Assembly: GCF_006345805.1 (NCBI RefSeq)
Contig: NC_043001.1
Coordinates: 20,522,001-20,586,000 of the forward strand
Source: Octopus sinensis
Lineage: Eukaryota
DNA length: 64,000 nucleotides
Direction of reading: 5' to 3'
Of this stretch, positions 1-13,995 are shown piece by piece. The notes below the pieces were generated by a model, which saw only the letters and a program-made list of their open reading frames with translations, ran no database searches and was not told the origin of the DNA. Position numbers and translations under genes: made by a program. Numbering within the stretch: the stretch's first letter is position 1; every line of letters begins with the position of its first letter.

Positions 1-2460
1 AGTTGGAAAAGACTATGTTTCATGGCCTGTTTTAGGTCGACATGGAATTGGAAAATGCAATAAAAATGGAGTAGCTCTTTTGACATTTTGTACTGAGAAT
101 AATCTGGTTGTCACCAACACTCTGTTTAAGCAGAAAAATAAAACCACCTGGATGCACCCAAGATCTAAGTACTGGCATCTCATTGATTATATTCTGATAA
201 GAAAACGTGATATGAAAGACGTTTCTAGCATTTGGGCCATTAGAGGAGCAGAGACTTGGACTGACCATCCTCTAGTGTGTGGGAAAATAGATTTTTTGAT
301 AATGCCTAAAAATCGACAGCCTGGTCCTAAGGTATCCCAAAAGTTAAATGATGCAAACTTTAAATTATCAAGCAACTTGCAAAAATTCCATGATGCTATA
401 GAAAGTATCAATCTTGACCCAAATATTCTATGGGAAGATTTCAAAACAAAAGTATTTCAGGCTGCAAGTTCGTCAGTGGGATTTAAATCTCATAAATCCA
501 GTGCCTGGTTCTCAGATAGATCAGCAGAAATTCATGATCTACCTTTAGAAAAACAAAGCTTAGGCAATACACTTCTTTCTCAGTCCTTGAACCCCAACTC
601 AAACAAAGCTTACAGAAAGCTGAAAAGGAAAGTGTAGACTGCTCTGAAGAAAATTAAACAGGAATGGTGGAATTATAGAGCAAAAGGGGCACAAGAAGCA
701 GCTGATAGAAATAATGCCAAGGGTTTGTACTCTTATGTTAAGGAGGTATATGGCCCAAAATCTTCTTCAATAGCTCCAGTGAGAACAGCAAATGGACGTT
801 TTCTTCTGACTGACACCGCTTCTATTCATAAGTGTTGGGTAGAACATTTTTCCACACTTTTGAATGGACCATCATCCATTAACATGAGGACGATAAAAAA
901 AAAATTAAACACCTTTTAGTTATAGAACAGATGACATTTGAACCAATTCTAATTGACATTTATTTAGTTGTGAATAAGCTGAATAACAATAAGTCTCCAG
1001 GGTCTGATGGAATCTGTGCAGAAGTCTTGAAATATGGGGGTGACAAAATGTTTGAATTCTTAACTATATCAATTTGTCACTTTTGGAGAACTGAGAAAGT
1101 GCCTCAAGACTGGATTGATGCCATTTTAGCCTCCTTGTGTAAATTGGGACCAAAGGATCTGTGTGGTAATTTTCATAGGATTTCGTTTTTGTCTGTGGTT
1201 GGAAAGGTACTTGCCTGCATTTTGTTAGACCATTTAAATACCTTTATAGTTCCAAATAAAGTGTCTGAGTCTCAGAGTGGTTTTCGTTCCTCCAGGGGTA
1301 CAGTTGATTGTATTTTTCACTGTCAGACAATTACAAGAAAAGTGCATTGAACAGAATCTTGCTCTATACCATTGCTTTGCTGATTTGAGTAAAGCATTCG
1401 ATACTGTTAATTGAAATGCTCTGTGGCTAATTCTAAGGAAAATAGGTTGCCCAGAAAAATTTGTAAACATGGTCAGGGCTTTGCATCAAGATATGAAAAC
1501 TAGAGTTAATTTTGGTGGTAGGCTCTCTGAATCTTTTGCTGTGGAAAATGGAGTAAAGCTAGGAGACCTTGATGCACCCACCCTCTTTGCAATATACTTT
1601 GTTGTTGTGATGTCACATACTTTTCAAAACTCTGAAGAGGGTTATTACATAAAATATTGAACAACAGGGAATGTTTTTAATATGACCAGACTAAAATTCA
1701 AACTTCATTAGGGAACTTTTGTATGCTGACGATTGCAATCTTGTCTGTCATTCTGAAATAGATCTGCAATCTCTTGTATCTGCATTTGACTCAATTTGTG
1801 ATGATTTTGGCTTGACCATCAACTTGAGAAAAAAACAGTTGTAATGCATCAACCTGTGTGTGGTGCTGTTTGTAACCCCGCTAAAATTTTTGTTAAGGGA
1901 AAGTTGTTAAGGGTTGTTGATTCATTTGCCTACCTTGGAAGCTCTGTTCAAAATGATGGAAATCTTCATAGAGAAACACAGCTGTGAATTCAAAGGGCAG
2001 CAAAAGCATTTGGTGGCTTGAAGTCATGCATTTGGTGCCAGCAACATATAAATAAGAATACAAAGCTGGCTCTTTACAAATCATTTGTCTTACCATCCCT
2101 GTTGTATTCCTGTGAAACTTGGACTTGTTATGAAAGGCATTTTAAATTATTAGAACAATTCCACCAAAAGTGCCTTCATCGCATTTTAAAAATTAAATGT
2201 TCTTTTACTCCAAATACAGATGTCCTTGCATCTGCAGGCATCACATTAAAGATATGATTTTGAGGAACCAATTGAGATGGTGTAGCCATATTGTTCGAAT
2301 GGCAGATGAACGCATGCCAAAACAGCTGTTTTATGGTGAGCTTGCAGTGGGGAAACGTTATCGATGTAAACCTAAAAAAAGGTTTAAGGGCAGCATAAGG
2401 ACTACTATGAAGTCATTTGGAATGGTTCCAGAAGATATAGAAACCTTTGTTTCAGATTGA
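1..2460 (+). mobile_element. Degenerate RTE-clade LINE (AP endonuclease C-terminus + reverse transcriptase), 5' part outside window
   Basis: ORF fragments in register across frameshifts and stops: TWMHPRSKYWHLIDYILIRKRD (RTE endonuclease end), KSPGSDGICAEVLKYGG, QSGFRSSRGTVD, gca-gac-gat-type YADD at ~1721-1732, YKSFVLPSLLYSCETWT, QLRWCSHIVRMADERMPKQLFYGEL. Confidence 0.92.
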
Positions 2461-2469
2461 GTTGGATGG

Positions 2470-3045
2470 CGAACAGGAAGACATGGGATGAGGTTGTCAA
2501 GCATGACCTTTGAACATTGGGCCTCACAGAGGCAATGACAAAAGACTGAGACCTCTGGAGATATGCTGTGACTGCGAAGACCCGAAAAATGAAGTGAGTT
2601 CATGGCTCACAAGACGGCCTGCTGTGCTTACCTTGGATCATAGGGCAACTTGCTGTGCTTGAGGAGACTTATTGAGTCAAGTACATCAACATCAAAATAA
2701 AAATCAAATGGAAATTGTAGTTGTGATACCTGTGCTGGTGGCACATAAAAAGCACCATCTAAACATGGCCAATGCCAGCACCACCTTGACTGGCTTCTGT
2801 GCCGGTGGCACGTAAAATGCACCAACCGATTGTGGACATGACCAGCCTCCTCTGGCCCCTGTGCTAGTGGCACGTAAAAAGCACCCACTATACTCACGGA
2901 ATGGTTGGCGATAGGAAGGGCATCCAGCTCTAGAAACACTGCCAGATATCAAACTGGAGCCTAGTACAGCCTCATCCCAGTTGAACCGCCCAACCCATGC
3001 TAGCATGGAAAACGAACGTTAAATGATGATGAGGATGATGATGAT
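2470..3045 (+). mobile_element. 5'-truncated 3' end of abundant RTE family (representative of about 20 copies)
   Basis: Matches the 3' ORF end and UTR of the long copy at 39465-42790; ends CCATGCTAGCATGG...AAATGATGATGA. Other copies at about 11600-11935, 17065-17700, 18975-19520, 21076-21385, 27430-27570, 27650-28530, 28555-29060, 29690-30020, 30365-30600, 31552-31915, 44425-45045, 46320-46525, 47455-47596, 50650-51035, 54705-55095, 60805-61340, 62335-62688, 63170-63635. Confidence 0.85.
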
Positions 3046-3544
3046 CAAATGATTCAAAGTATATATAAATTAGTAAAATATAAAATATTTATTTATACAT
3101 AAAAATAGAGGTGGGGGCGCTGAAGGCCATGAGGGGGGCAGTGACCCAAAAAGTTTGATAACCTCTGGTTTAAATGAAGGAAAATGGCTCCAGTCAGGAA
3201 TTGAACCCCTATTGCAAACTCAGCTCACCAGGAGATTTCCCTTTGTTCCATAGCACTTGCTACTATTGCCTTAGTTTATATTGATTTCTAAAATTGTCAT
3301 AAGGTGACAAATATTAGGAGTAGTTGCTTACATTTATCTCAGCGTTTGACTGACATTTTTATTTTGACCTTAGCAGACTTAGATCTCACCTATTTCGCTG
3401 TGTTGATTGCATAGATATTAGATGAAAAAAGTGTGCTACAGTGAGGGACAAAGGTATCTGGACATTCCTTGATAGCAATAATACTGCTCAATATTGTTGA
3501 AGGGTGTGATATTGTCAGATGGTACTGAAACTGGGATCTTCAGT

Positions 3545-5325
3545 CAACAGCTGAAAGGGTTGTGAGCCGCTCTCCGGCTATCTATCTGAGGCTTCATACA
3601 GCTATGGTTCGGCATCACCTGGTATTTGCATCACCAGTTTGAAACCCCTATTTTGCCCAGGATACTAATCATCTGGAACCCCTATTTTGCCCAGGATACT
3701 AATCATCTGGAACCCCTATTTTGCCCAGGATACTAATCATCTGGAACCCCTATTTTGCCCAGGATACTAATCATCTGGAACCCCTATTTTGCCCAGGATA
3801 CTAATCATCTGGAACCCCTATTTTGCCCAGGATACTAATCATCTGGAACACCTATTTTGCCCAGGATACTAATCATCTGGAACACCTATTTTGCCCAGGA
3901 TACTAATCATCTGGAACCCCTATTTTGCCCAGGATACTAATCATCTGGAACCCCTATTTTGCCCAGGATACTAATCATCTGGAACCCCTATTTTGCCCAG
4001 GATACTAATCATCTGGAACACCTATTTTGCCCAGGATACTAATCATCTGGAACACCTATTTTGCCCAGGATACTAATCATCTGGAACCCCTATTTTGCCC
4101 AGGATACTAATCATCTGGAACCCCTATTTTGCCCAGGATACTAATCATCTGGAACCCCTATTTTGCCCAGGATACTAATCATCTGGAACCCCTATTTTGC
4201 CCAGGATACTAATCATCTGGAACCCCTATTTTGCCCAGGATACTAATCATCTGGAACCCCTATTTTGCCCAGGATACTAATCATCTGGAACCCCTATTTT
4301 GCCCAGGATACTAATCATCTGGAACCCCTATTTTGCCAGGATACTAATCATCTGGAACACCTATTTTGCCCAGGATACTAATCATCTGAACCCCTATTTT
4401 GCCCAGGATACTAATCATCTGGAACCCTATTTTGCCCAGGATACTATCATCTGGAACCCCTATTTTGCCCAGGATACTAATCATCTGGAACCCCTATTTT
4501 GCCCAGGATACTAATCATCTGGACCCCTATTTTGCCCAGGATACTAATCATCTGGAACCCCTATTTTGCCCAGGATACTAATCATCTGGAACCCCTATTT
4601 TGCCCAGGATACTAATCATCTGGAACCCCTATTTTGCCCAGGATACTAATCATCTGGAACCCCTATTTTGCCCAGGATACTAATCGTCTGGAAACCGTTC
4701 AGTGACGTGCAACCAAGAGAATACCCTCCATCAGGCATTTGCCATATTCTGAACACCTTACCTCCCTGGGCATGGATACATTGAAACTCTGACATTTGGC
4801 AGCTGACTTGGCAGACACCCATAAAATTATTAACCATCTTACAAACAATAACTCTGAGCACCTTTTCAAACTCCACCTGTCTAACACCTGTGGACATATT
4901 TACAAAGTCAGAAAACAGCACAGCTCCCATGACTTTAGGAAACAAATTTTCATGCTAAGAGTTGCTGAAGTATGGAACAAACTGCCGGCATCAGTTGTTA
5001 GTTGTCGGAGCACTGCATCCTTCAAAACTTCCATGCTTCCTGAGATTCGCCAACACTACACCTGATTCTCTCCCCTCCATACACACACGAGCATGTATCT
5101 GGCTCATACACTGTTCGCTTTCCAGACATTTGTACATTACTGCATATACTTTATATGCACTTTCTTACAAGTTGTGGTGCACCTGAGCACTATACAATAA
5201 TTTCATTATTGTTGTTGTTGTTGTTGTTATTATTATTACTATTACTATTATTATTATTATTACTATTACTATTACTATTACTATTATTATTACTATTACT
5301 ATTACTATTATTATTATTATTATTG
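3545..5325 (+). mobile_element. CR1-type LINE 3' fragment carrying an internal minisatellite, (TTA/TTG)n tail
   Basis: Peptide remnants FASPVWNPYFAQD..HLETVQ*RATKRIPSIRHLPY, HSSHDFRKQIFMLRVAEVWNKLPASVV; homologous to the copy at 21490-22530. Confidence 0.88.
3641..4690 (+). repeat. 34-bp tandem minisatellite, about 31 copies
   Basis: Unit CTGGAACCCCTATTTTGCCCAGGATACTAATCAT; period 34 (e.g. GATACT at 3661 and 3695); variant units with ACACC, and single-base deletions toward 4330-4530. Confidence 0.97.
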
Positions 5326-5699
5326 TGTAAGCAGTTTGTAAAATATAACTAAGTTTTGCTATACAATGGGACATAACTATGTAGATCCAGAAAAATATCT
5401 TACTGTAGTTAATTATGTCCCTTTACATTCTGACTTCATATTCCGCAAGTTCAAATGAACTAACTGGGGAACCTCTTAGCGGTTTCTCGAGTTGCAAGAA
5501 ATAGCAACCAAATCTCCCCCAAATAACATCCTATTTTCTTAAAATGCATACATTGGCTAATGTGGTCTTTCGTTCTTTCACTGGGGAAAAAGATGGGACG
5601 ATCAAGGCTGGAATGCCTCTGGCCATAGGTCTGTTTGAGAAGAACTGACTCGTAGTTAAACTACAACACCAACAACGATAACTTCACACAAATTGATTT

Positions 5700-6075
5700 T
5701 TTTCTAGCGGTGTCAAATGAAAATGTCACCCATAATTATAACCCTAGAATCGATCTATTGCATTTCAATCTATTTTAGATTTAGGGTTAGAGTTAGGATG
5801 AGTCAGGGTTAGGGGTGGGGAAAGGGTATCTTTTTTTCTTCGCAAATCTATATAAACCCGATCTGTTTCTTAAACGAGGGACATATTCATACAGCACGGA
5901 ATGTTTTCACCCCAAATGGAGGTCAGCGATTGGTTAAAATTGCCGAAATGCTTGAAATTAAAGTGGAAATATGTTACAACATATAGAATTTTCTCAATAA
6001 AGCCAAGAAAAAATGATGTTTTAAAAACACATTCTACCAGTATACGAAGTTTAAAAGTGTTTAGTTAACTAGAAA
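5700..6075. mobile_element. Non-autonomous interspersed element with telomere-like internal motif
   Basis: Ends TTTCTAG...CTAGAAA; internal TTAGGGTTAGAGTTAGG...GGGTTAGGGGTGGGG; class not resolved. Confidence 0.4.
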
Positions 6076-6467
6076 TTGTGTTGACATGTGCCGTTCAAAA
6101 GGAAAAGATCCCCTTCAGCCAATGTTCGAAATTATCACCACTGTATGTGGAAGAGTTCGAGTTTGCGTTAAACTCCACACATGTTCACTCAGAAAAAGGC
6201 TCTAGGCATAAAGGGAGGTTGGACGTTCCTTATAACTACAAAGAAGCAATTAAATATTTCACTCCATTGTTTAACTTTGCTGGGTTCAGATGTCACACTT
6301 TATAGGGAGTTGGTTTACTATGTTGACAATATTGAATGTGTCACTTTGTCTGACGCCTTAGGCTGTAGTAGCAGTTGTAGCAGGGAACTTGGTGGATTTT
6401 ATTAACTTCAAGACACGCAAGAAACTACTAGGGGTGAGAGAGAAACATGGAATGAAAGTCGTCGTCG

Positions 6468-6490
6468 TAGTCGTAGTCGTAGTAGTAGTC

Positions 6491-6549
<59 letters not shown>

Positions 6550-6575
6550 CGCCGCCGCCACCGTCATCGTTGTTG
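6468..6575. repeat. Compound trinucleotide microsatellite (GTC)n(GTA)n(GCC)n
   Basis: Direct reading; explains the spurious poly-V/T/Y ORFs. Confidence 0.95.
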
Positions 6576-8202
6576 TTTAACCCTAGTTCAGCCTTAATCA
6601 AACAAACCATTGATCAAAGATATTCCAGTCGTGCCTGATCCGATCATCTTTCACTAGTCTATTTTTTTATCTTTTCTACACAAGGCAGTGGAAGTACATG
6701 GCCCAACAATCAGGGTGTAGGCCCTCACGATCCTAAAATCACGGTATCAATTCCTAAACTGCTCGGTGCGCCATGTTTCTAAGCAAACCAGTTCATTTTA
6801 TGTTGCTTCAGTCCATTCTGGTGTAAAAAAGGGTTCCAGCAATTTCTGGGCAGTTAAGTCTGCAGATTGGTGTCCCATCCAATGAGGGATGTTGTAATCT
6901 CAATCATTTACACGTCATGAGAACTGGGTTAATCTCCGCCCTAATCAGCCTTAGGACTCGTGACGGACTTAATTCTATGAATAAGTTTACTTCGGAGGGA
7001 ATGAATTTGATATTTGAATTGAAAGAAGCAGAGCAAATACCACAAGGTATCCAGTTTCATGTTCTTGCAAAACTACCATAGATTGGTCCGTTTTTTTTTT
7101 TATCAGGCGGGAGGGTACTACACTTTACAGATTCTCTGAGACTGATGGGAGAGGACAGAGAAAGGTAACTGGAAGCCTGGTCCGACTGCTTTACTACAGA
7201 GCAGTCTCCACTAATGGTACCCAGGGTACCAGCTAGTAGTCTTAAACTAGGCAACAAATTAACTCTACCACCCAAGTAGGTCATGGTGGAATTTGATATT
7301 CAAATTGAAAGAACCAGAACAAGTACCACAAGGCATCCAGTCTCGTGTTCTTACAGTCCTGTCAGTTTACTGCCCTAGATTAGTACTTTTTTATCAGTAC
7401 TTTTTTATTGATAATTTTTTATTGACCCTGAAAGTATGGAAGGCAGATCTGATCCAGGAAGGAATTGTACACAGAATGGAAAGAACCAGAAAAATTACTG
7501 CAAGGCATGCTATCCCACACTGTAACAACTCAACCTATTCATCATTTACAAGAATACTGTCAAATATATCCTTCTTCATTAAAGATAATAGGGTTTGATT
7601 TTAGAGAGATTTTGCTACTATTTCTTGCAATTTGAACAACCTGACAGAGAAGATTGCTCATTGGCTCTTACAAAGTGTGATAACTGTGATGGAGAAAAGC
7701 AAACCACTGGCCATCATAAGGATATTTGCTTTCTGGTGCTCCGTCAATTACAATGATGAGAGATCCAGCTGTTTCAATAAAAAAAAAAACAGCCTGCTCA
7801 TGAAGTTAACATGCAAGAGGCTGAGCACCAGTGGTAGCTCATGTATAGGCACTGCGGAACTGCAGCACCCACTATTTTCTCTCGATATTATCAATAACAT
7901 TCAATATAATGAGTCCTTTTTTCTTTAATTCTTTCTTTATACTTGTACATTATATAATCCTTAAGCTTAATGTCAGCAGCCATCCTCTAGTTTCTGAAAA
8001 CAATACAAAAATCCTTGTATAGAACTGTTCACAGTTCCAGTGATGGGGTATTTGGCTGTTGAGTGCATGCTCACATGTCTGAGATAGGAAGCTTCACTCT
8101 AGGGAGAGAGAGCACTGTCATTCACACAATGCCAGGTGAAAGGTGTTTCTTTTTGACTCTACATGTGTTGTGCTTAAACATGCATTTATATTCTTGAATG
8201 CG

Positions 8203-8262
<60 letters not shown>

Positions 8263-8527
8263 TTGTGTACAGTGCTCAGGTGCACTACAACTCATCTAAA
8301 GTGTATGTATAATCAGGTGTAGCTTCGGCGGATTTCGGAAAGCATGAGGGCCTTAAAGGATGCAGTGTCATGGCAGTCAACAACTGACGCAGGTAGTTTG
8401 TTCCATGCTTCAGCAACTCTTAGCGTGAAAAAATGTTTCCAAAAGTCATGGGAGCTGTGTTGTTTTCTGGCTTTGTAGGCATGTCCATGTGTGTTAGACA
8501 CATGAAGATCAAAAAGGTGTTCAGTGT
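8203..8527 (-). mobile_element. CR1-type LINE 3' end with (ATT)n tail
   Basis: Reverse-strand ORF KQHSSHDFWKHFFTLRVAEAWNKLPASVV; (AAT)n on + at 8203-8260. Confidence 0.88.
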
Positions 8528-9806
8528 AGGATTAGATTATTATCCTGCTTCCAACTTCAGTGTTGCTGCCAGGATTTGAAAAGTAGGGCAGATTCTCTGC
8601 CTCTCTCATTTTGTGATTTAGCAGGTATTTTTGAAAAACAAGGGGTAATTGGCGGCGGTGTTTAGTGAAAAAATTAAACACAGTACCCGGCAGTGGCTAA
8701 AATGCAAACCAGTCAAGTTTATGTATAAAATTTCTTTTTATATATTTGTTTCTTTTTACACAATATTAAACAACTCTTTTACTCTTTTACTTGTTTCAGT
8801 CATTTGACTGTGGCCATGCTGGAGCACCACCTTATATATATATATATATATATATACATATATACAACGGGCTTCTTTCAGTTTCTGTCTACCAAATCCA
8901 CTCACAAGGCTTTGGTCGGCTCGAGGCTATAATGGAAGACACTTGCCCAAGGTGCCACGCAGTGGGAATGAACCCAGAACCATGTGGTTGGTAAGCAAGC
9001 TACTTACCACACAGCCATTCCTGTGCCTAAAAATGGCTAAATATTTTCTCAAGCAGCACCCCCACTAATTTTATCAACTCCAAAAGGATGAAAGGCAAAA
9101 TCAACCGCAGAGAAATTTGAACTCAGAATGTAAAGACAGCTGAAAGAGAACTAAGCATTTCGCTTAATAACCAACAATACAAGAACCAATATACAATAGC
9201 CAATAATACAAGCAACCTTTACCTCCACTGTTACAGATGGTTGTGGAGGAACAATGTCATCACATCACCAAAAACAGAGCCACTGTGTAGTCACTCAAAA
9301 TGCTGGAAATAACAGCCAAATTTCTCTCAAATTACAGATTTTTTTGCTTTAAAAACTAGTATGATATACTGGACAATGTCATTCCTCACATACAAAATGA
9401 TGGGGAGATTACGGGTGGAAGATTTACTTTTTATCAGATTGTAAATGTCCATACACACACACATATATATAGTAGTAATTGATAGTAGGAGACGGATTTC
9501 GTATTAGACATTTATTAGGTACAACATACGTTTTGACCCTTCAGTTTGGGTCTCTCCTGGTACATTGATAAAGAAGTCTCACTAGATATTTTTTGTGTCG
9601 GCTGGCTGGTTGTTATATGCCCAACTAGATCAGGAATCTATAAAAATAAAAAAATGTTGTAGAAACACAAAAAATTCAAATATAAACGTGGAAAACATTC
9701 GTTCCAGTTTAGATAAGATGACGTAATCAGCTTTCGCTGTGTTGTAACTGCTTAGAGGAAAAAGAAAGTAAAAGATGAAAGGGAAATTTATACTTAGACA
9801 AGTATT

Positions 9807-10194
9807 GGAAGCACTCCGTCGGTTGCGACGACGAGGGTTCCAGTTTATCCGAATCAACGGAACAGCCTGCTCGTGAAATTAACGTGTAAGTGGCTGAGCA
9901 CTCCACAGACACGTGTACCCTTAACGTAGTTCTCGGGGATATTCAGCGTGACACAGAGAGTGACAAGGCCGGCCCCTTTGAAATACACGTACAACAGAAA
10001 TAGGAAGTAAGAGTGAGAGAAAGTTGTGGTGAAAGAGTACAGCAGGGATCACCACCATCCCCTGCCGGAGCTTCGTGAAGCTTCAGGTGTTTTCGCTCAA
10101 TAAACACTCACAACGCCCGGTCTGGGAATCGAAACCGCGATCCTATGACCACGAGTCCGCTGCCCTAACCACTGGGCCATTGCGCCTCCACGAC
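9807..10194 (-). mobile_element. Young tRNA-derived SINE (family B) with 11-bp TSD
   Basis: Head GTGGAGGCGCAATGGCCCAGTGGTTAGGG...GGTTTCGATTCC (A/B boxes); TSD AGACAAGTATT at 9796-9806 and 10195-10205; CpGs intact. Confidence 0.9.
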
Positions 10195-10276
10195 AGACAA
10201 GTATTAGGTGTTTGTGGATACACACACACACACATACATTTACATACACTTACATACATACGTGTATGTGTGTGTG

Positions 10277-10309
<33 letters not shown>

Positions 10310-10559
10310 AAAAGAATATCAAAAATGGGACAAGAATGCAAAACATCCAGGCAATTAGATGACACGAAAAAGGGACAACAAAACATCCAGACAGATGATA
10401 CAAAAAGAAAAAAACAAGGATGGGTCATTTGAAGTTTTCTTTCATACGCAGACATATACATACACTGACATATAAAAATATGCATATGGATACGTATGTA
10501 GGCCCATATACACATGTACACACAAAACCAGGCACACATACACACTCGTATTATACACA

Positions 10560-11090
<531 letters not shown>

Positions 11091-11568
11091 ATTTATTTAT
11101 ATTGACGCAAGCGTGGCTGTGTGGTGGTGGTGGTGGCAGAGGCAATGGCAGACGTGTCACCATTGCTGTGTCCCTCTCTTTCTCCCTTCCTCCATTCCAC
11201 CAGTCTGGCATGCCTTGAGAAGAATCGTGAGTGAGATTGGTCTACCCTGCACATAAATGTGTCCTAGTTACTATAAACTTGGAAGTTTCCAGATACCAAT
11301 CAATTTAAGTTGTCAGCCTGTCCATACAGAAGTCATTATCATCATTTTAGAGTTCACTTTTCCATGCTTGCATGGATCAAAGGAAATTTATTGAGGCAGA
11401 TATTCTACAGCCTGATGCCTTTCCTGTTGCCAACCCTCGCCTGTTTCTAAGCAAGGAACTATTTTCCCCATGGTCAAACATGTTCCTATAGAATACTGGA
11501 AATGACTGACACTGCTTGTATGAGAGTGACAATCATTTCACAACTATCATACAATTGTTCAAACAAGG

Positions 11569-11606
<38 letters not shown>

Positions 11607-11954
11607 TCCTTGTTTTGCAAGTTACTTGGTAACCCTGCCAGTGCTGGTGCCACATAAACACCATCCAATCCACAGTGTGAAGTGGTTGGCATTTGAAAGG
11701 ACATCCAGCTGTAAAAGCCATGCCAAAACTGACCTTGCCTGTACTGGTATCACGTAAAAAAGCACACAGTCCACTCTGTTGGTTGGTTGGTTGGTTGGTG
11801 TTAAGAAGAGTACCCAGCTGTAAAAACCATGCCAAAACAGACACAGATGTCTGGTGCAGTCTACTACCTGGCCAGCTTCTGTCAAACCATCCAACATATA
11901 CCAGCATGGAAGGTGGACATTAAATGATGATGACATTACACATTATATAATAAT

Positions 11955-12282
11955 ACTGGCAGTATCACCCAGCGTTGCTCGGGTTTGTCTCAACCCTTTA
12001 GAATTGGAATTTTTGAAAAGTAAAAGTTTTGTATTATGTAGCTTGTTATTCTCTTTAAGTGGACATTTTTCTGGTTGAAATACACCGAAAAATGGCAATA
12101 CAGCAGTCAAAATATCGTAAAAAAATAGGGATTTTCATAGAAAAAAAGGACCTTTTTTATGTAAATAATTTTTGGTGTTAACATGGTCCAATTTGAATTT
12201 TTTCTTCTACGGAAGGAAGAGCAAGCCTTCTATCATTCTCTCAATTTTGGTCAACTTGTGCCACAGGGTCTCAGAGGAGATA
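11955..12282 (+). mobile_element. Helentron/HINE-like non-autonomous element
   Basis: Starts ACTGGCAGTATCACCCAGCGTTGCTCGGG, nearly the same as the start of the 58973-59369 copy. Confidence 0.45.
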
Positions 12283-12283
12283 G

Positions 12284-12942
12284 TGTTCGTTGAAGGCTAC
12301 CAAACCTGCCATACACAAACAACTTCAGCTTTATATATAGAGAGATACTCAGATGTCAATACTTACTTTCTGATCTTGATCAAAGTTTTTCTCATCTGAG
12401 AAGAACCAAATGACATCTTTCTCTGCTGGGTTTTTAAGTTTGTTCAGGAGTCTTTTAGATCTTATCAAGTAATTTTCTTTCACTGCTTCTGACATGAAAT
12501 GACTTTTCTCATCGCATAATGTCTTTGTGGACAACATTTCGGATTCTTCCTTTTGACACATGGTGTTCTTTTGCATTCAACCTCATGGATCTCATGGGAT
12601 TATCATTAATGGTCTGCTTTACTTGTGGAATAGATTCTAGTGTTCTAATAGTATCAGTGCATCTACAATGTTTCTTATGTTTTGATACTGGCGATACATT
12701 TTCATCTTTAGCCTCTAACTCCTTGCAATTTTGTAGACAAAGAATCTAGCAACTTTTAAAAATCATGCTATCTCTAAATCACTATGTTCAGCCTTTATAG
12801 CCACGATGACTGCGTGCCTCTTCATTTCTTGTGTAATCATAGAGTCTGCCATTCATAATTCTGAAATACAGAAAATATTAAGTTGATAAATATGCTACTA
12901 TAGTAAAATTAATATATATCCCCAAATACCTTATGCACCCTG
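12284..12942 (-). mobile_element. Tc1/mariner maT-type transposon, 5' portion (degenerate)
   Basis: Left end TA-CAGGGTGCATAAGG; ATG at 12852 gives MADSMITQEMKRHAVIVAIKAEHSDLEIA (HTH); later frame gives KNPAEKDVIWFFSDEKNFDQDQK (first catalytic D). Confidence 0.8.
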
Positions 12943-12960
12943 TATATGTATGTACAAAAG

Positions 12961-13085
12961 CCAGCTGGTGGCCAAGATCAAGGAAGTGTTCATGGATCTT
13001 CTCAGAGACTCAGTGAAGAACACATGAGCCAAGTTTTTGAGCCATCTTAAGACCATGGAGGAAGTAGACAGTAGCTACTTGGAAT
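12961..13085 (+). mobile_element. C-terminal fragment of a maT-like transposase
   Basis: LVAKIKEVFMDLLRDSVKNT*AKFLSHLKTMEEVDSSYLE* resembles the C-terminus encoded at ~58600-58690. Confidence 0.5.
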
Positions 13086-13723
13086 AAATTGTTATCTCCC
13101 AGCCATAATTTAGTTGATATTTTTTTGATTTTTAAAATACTTTTATATTTAGATGAGATATTGTGCCACTGAAAACATTGCATAGAACCCACTGCCATAA
13201 GCTTGCCAAATTGTTATTTTTTTATTTTTTTATTTTGCCAAATAAATACACATGCTGTGTAGTAGTTCTTATTCTTCTTCTTTTATTCTTATTATTTTAT
13301 TTTTATTCTTATTCTTATTAATATTCCTATTTTAGTGTCCTTTGTCTGAAATCTTTCATCGCACATTCTGTTACCTCTTTAACAGCTCTCCATCCCACAT
13401 GGCGCCTCCTGAATGGAGGCGACATGTGGGACAGAGATTTCAACAAAGGACACTGGAATAAGAATAATAATAATAAAAAAACTGAAGTGAAGAATGAGTA
13501 TACAGTGCACGTGGTTATTTAGAAAAAAAATAACCATCCCAAAATATAACACTATATATATATATATATATATATCACGTGACTGACCAGGCTATCAGAT
13601 GTTGCTACACATCGCTAGTCACAATGCGCTTTGCATTGTTTTAGCCTTCAAATGACGCCACCCTGCTGGCTAAGCAAGCAGGCCAACAGAAGAAAGAGTG
13701 AGAGAAAGTTGTAAATTTATATA

Positions 13724-13812
<89 letters not shown>

Positions 13813-13823
13813 TATATATATAT

Positions 13824-13856
<33 letters not shown>

Positions 13857-13868
13857 CATACATATATA

Positions 13869-13967
<99 letters not shown>

Positions 13968-13995
13968 ACATATGTCTATATATATATATATTTAG

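Noticed and set aside
3185-3215. tRNA-like 3' end on the minus strand (GGGTTCAATTCCTGACTGGAGCCA)
   Set aside because: Only a B box; no D or anticodon arm
3641-4690. Regular repeat array resembling CRISPR
   Set aside because: No unique spacers; pure head-to-tail units derived from LINE ORF sequence; eukaryotic context
9520-9568. Minus-strand GACCC...GGGTC-AAAA-CGTA hammerhead-like motif
   Set aside because: Core reads CAGGAGA, G12 lost and stem I does not form; counted only as a decayed relic
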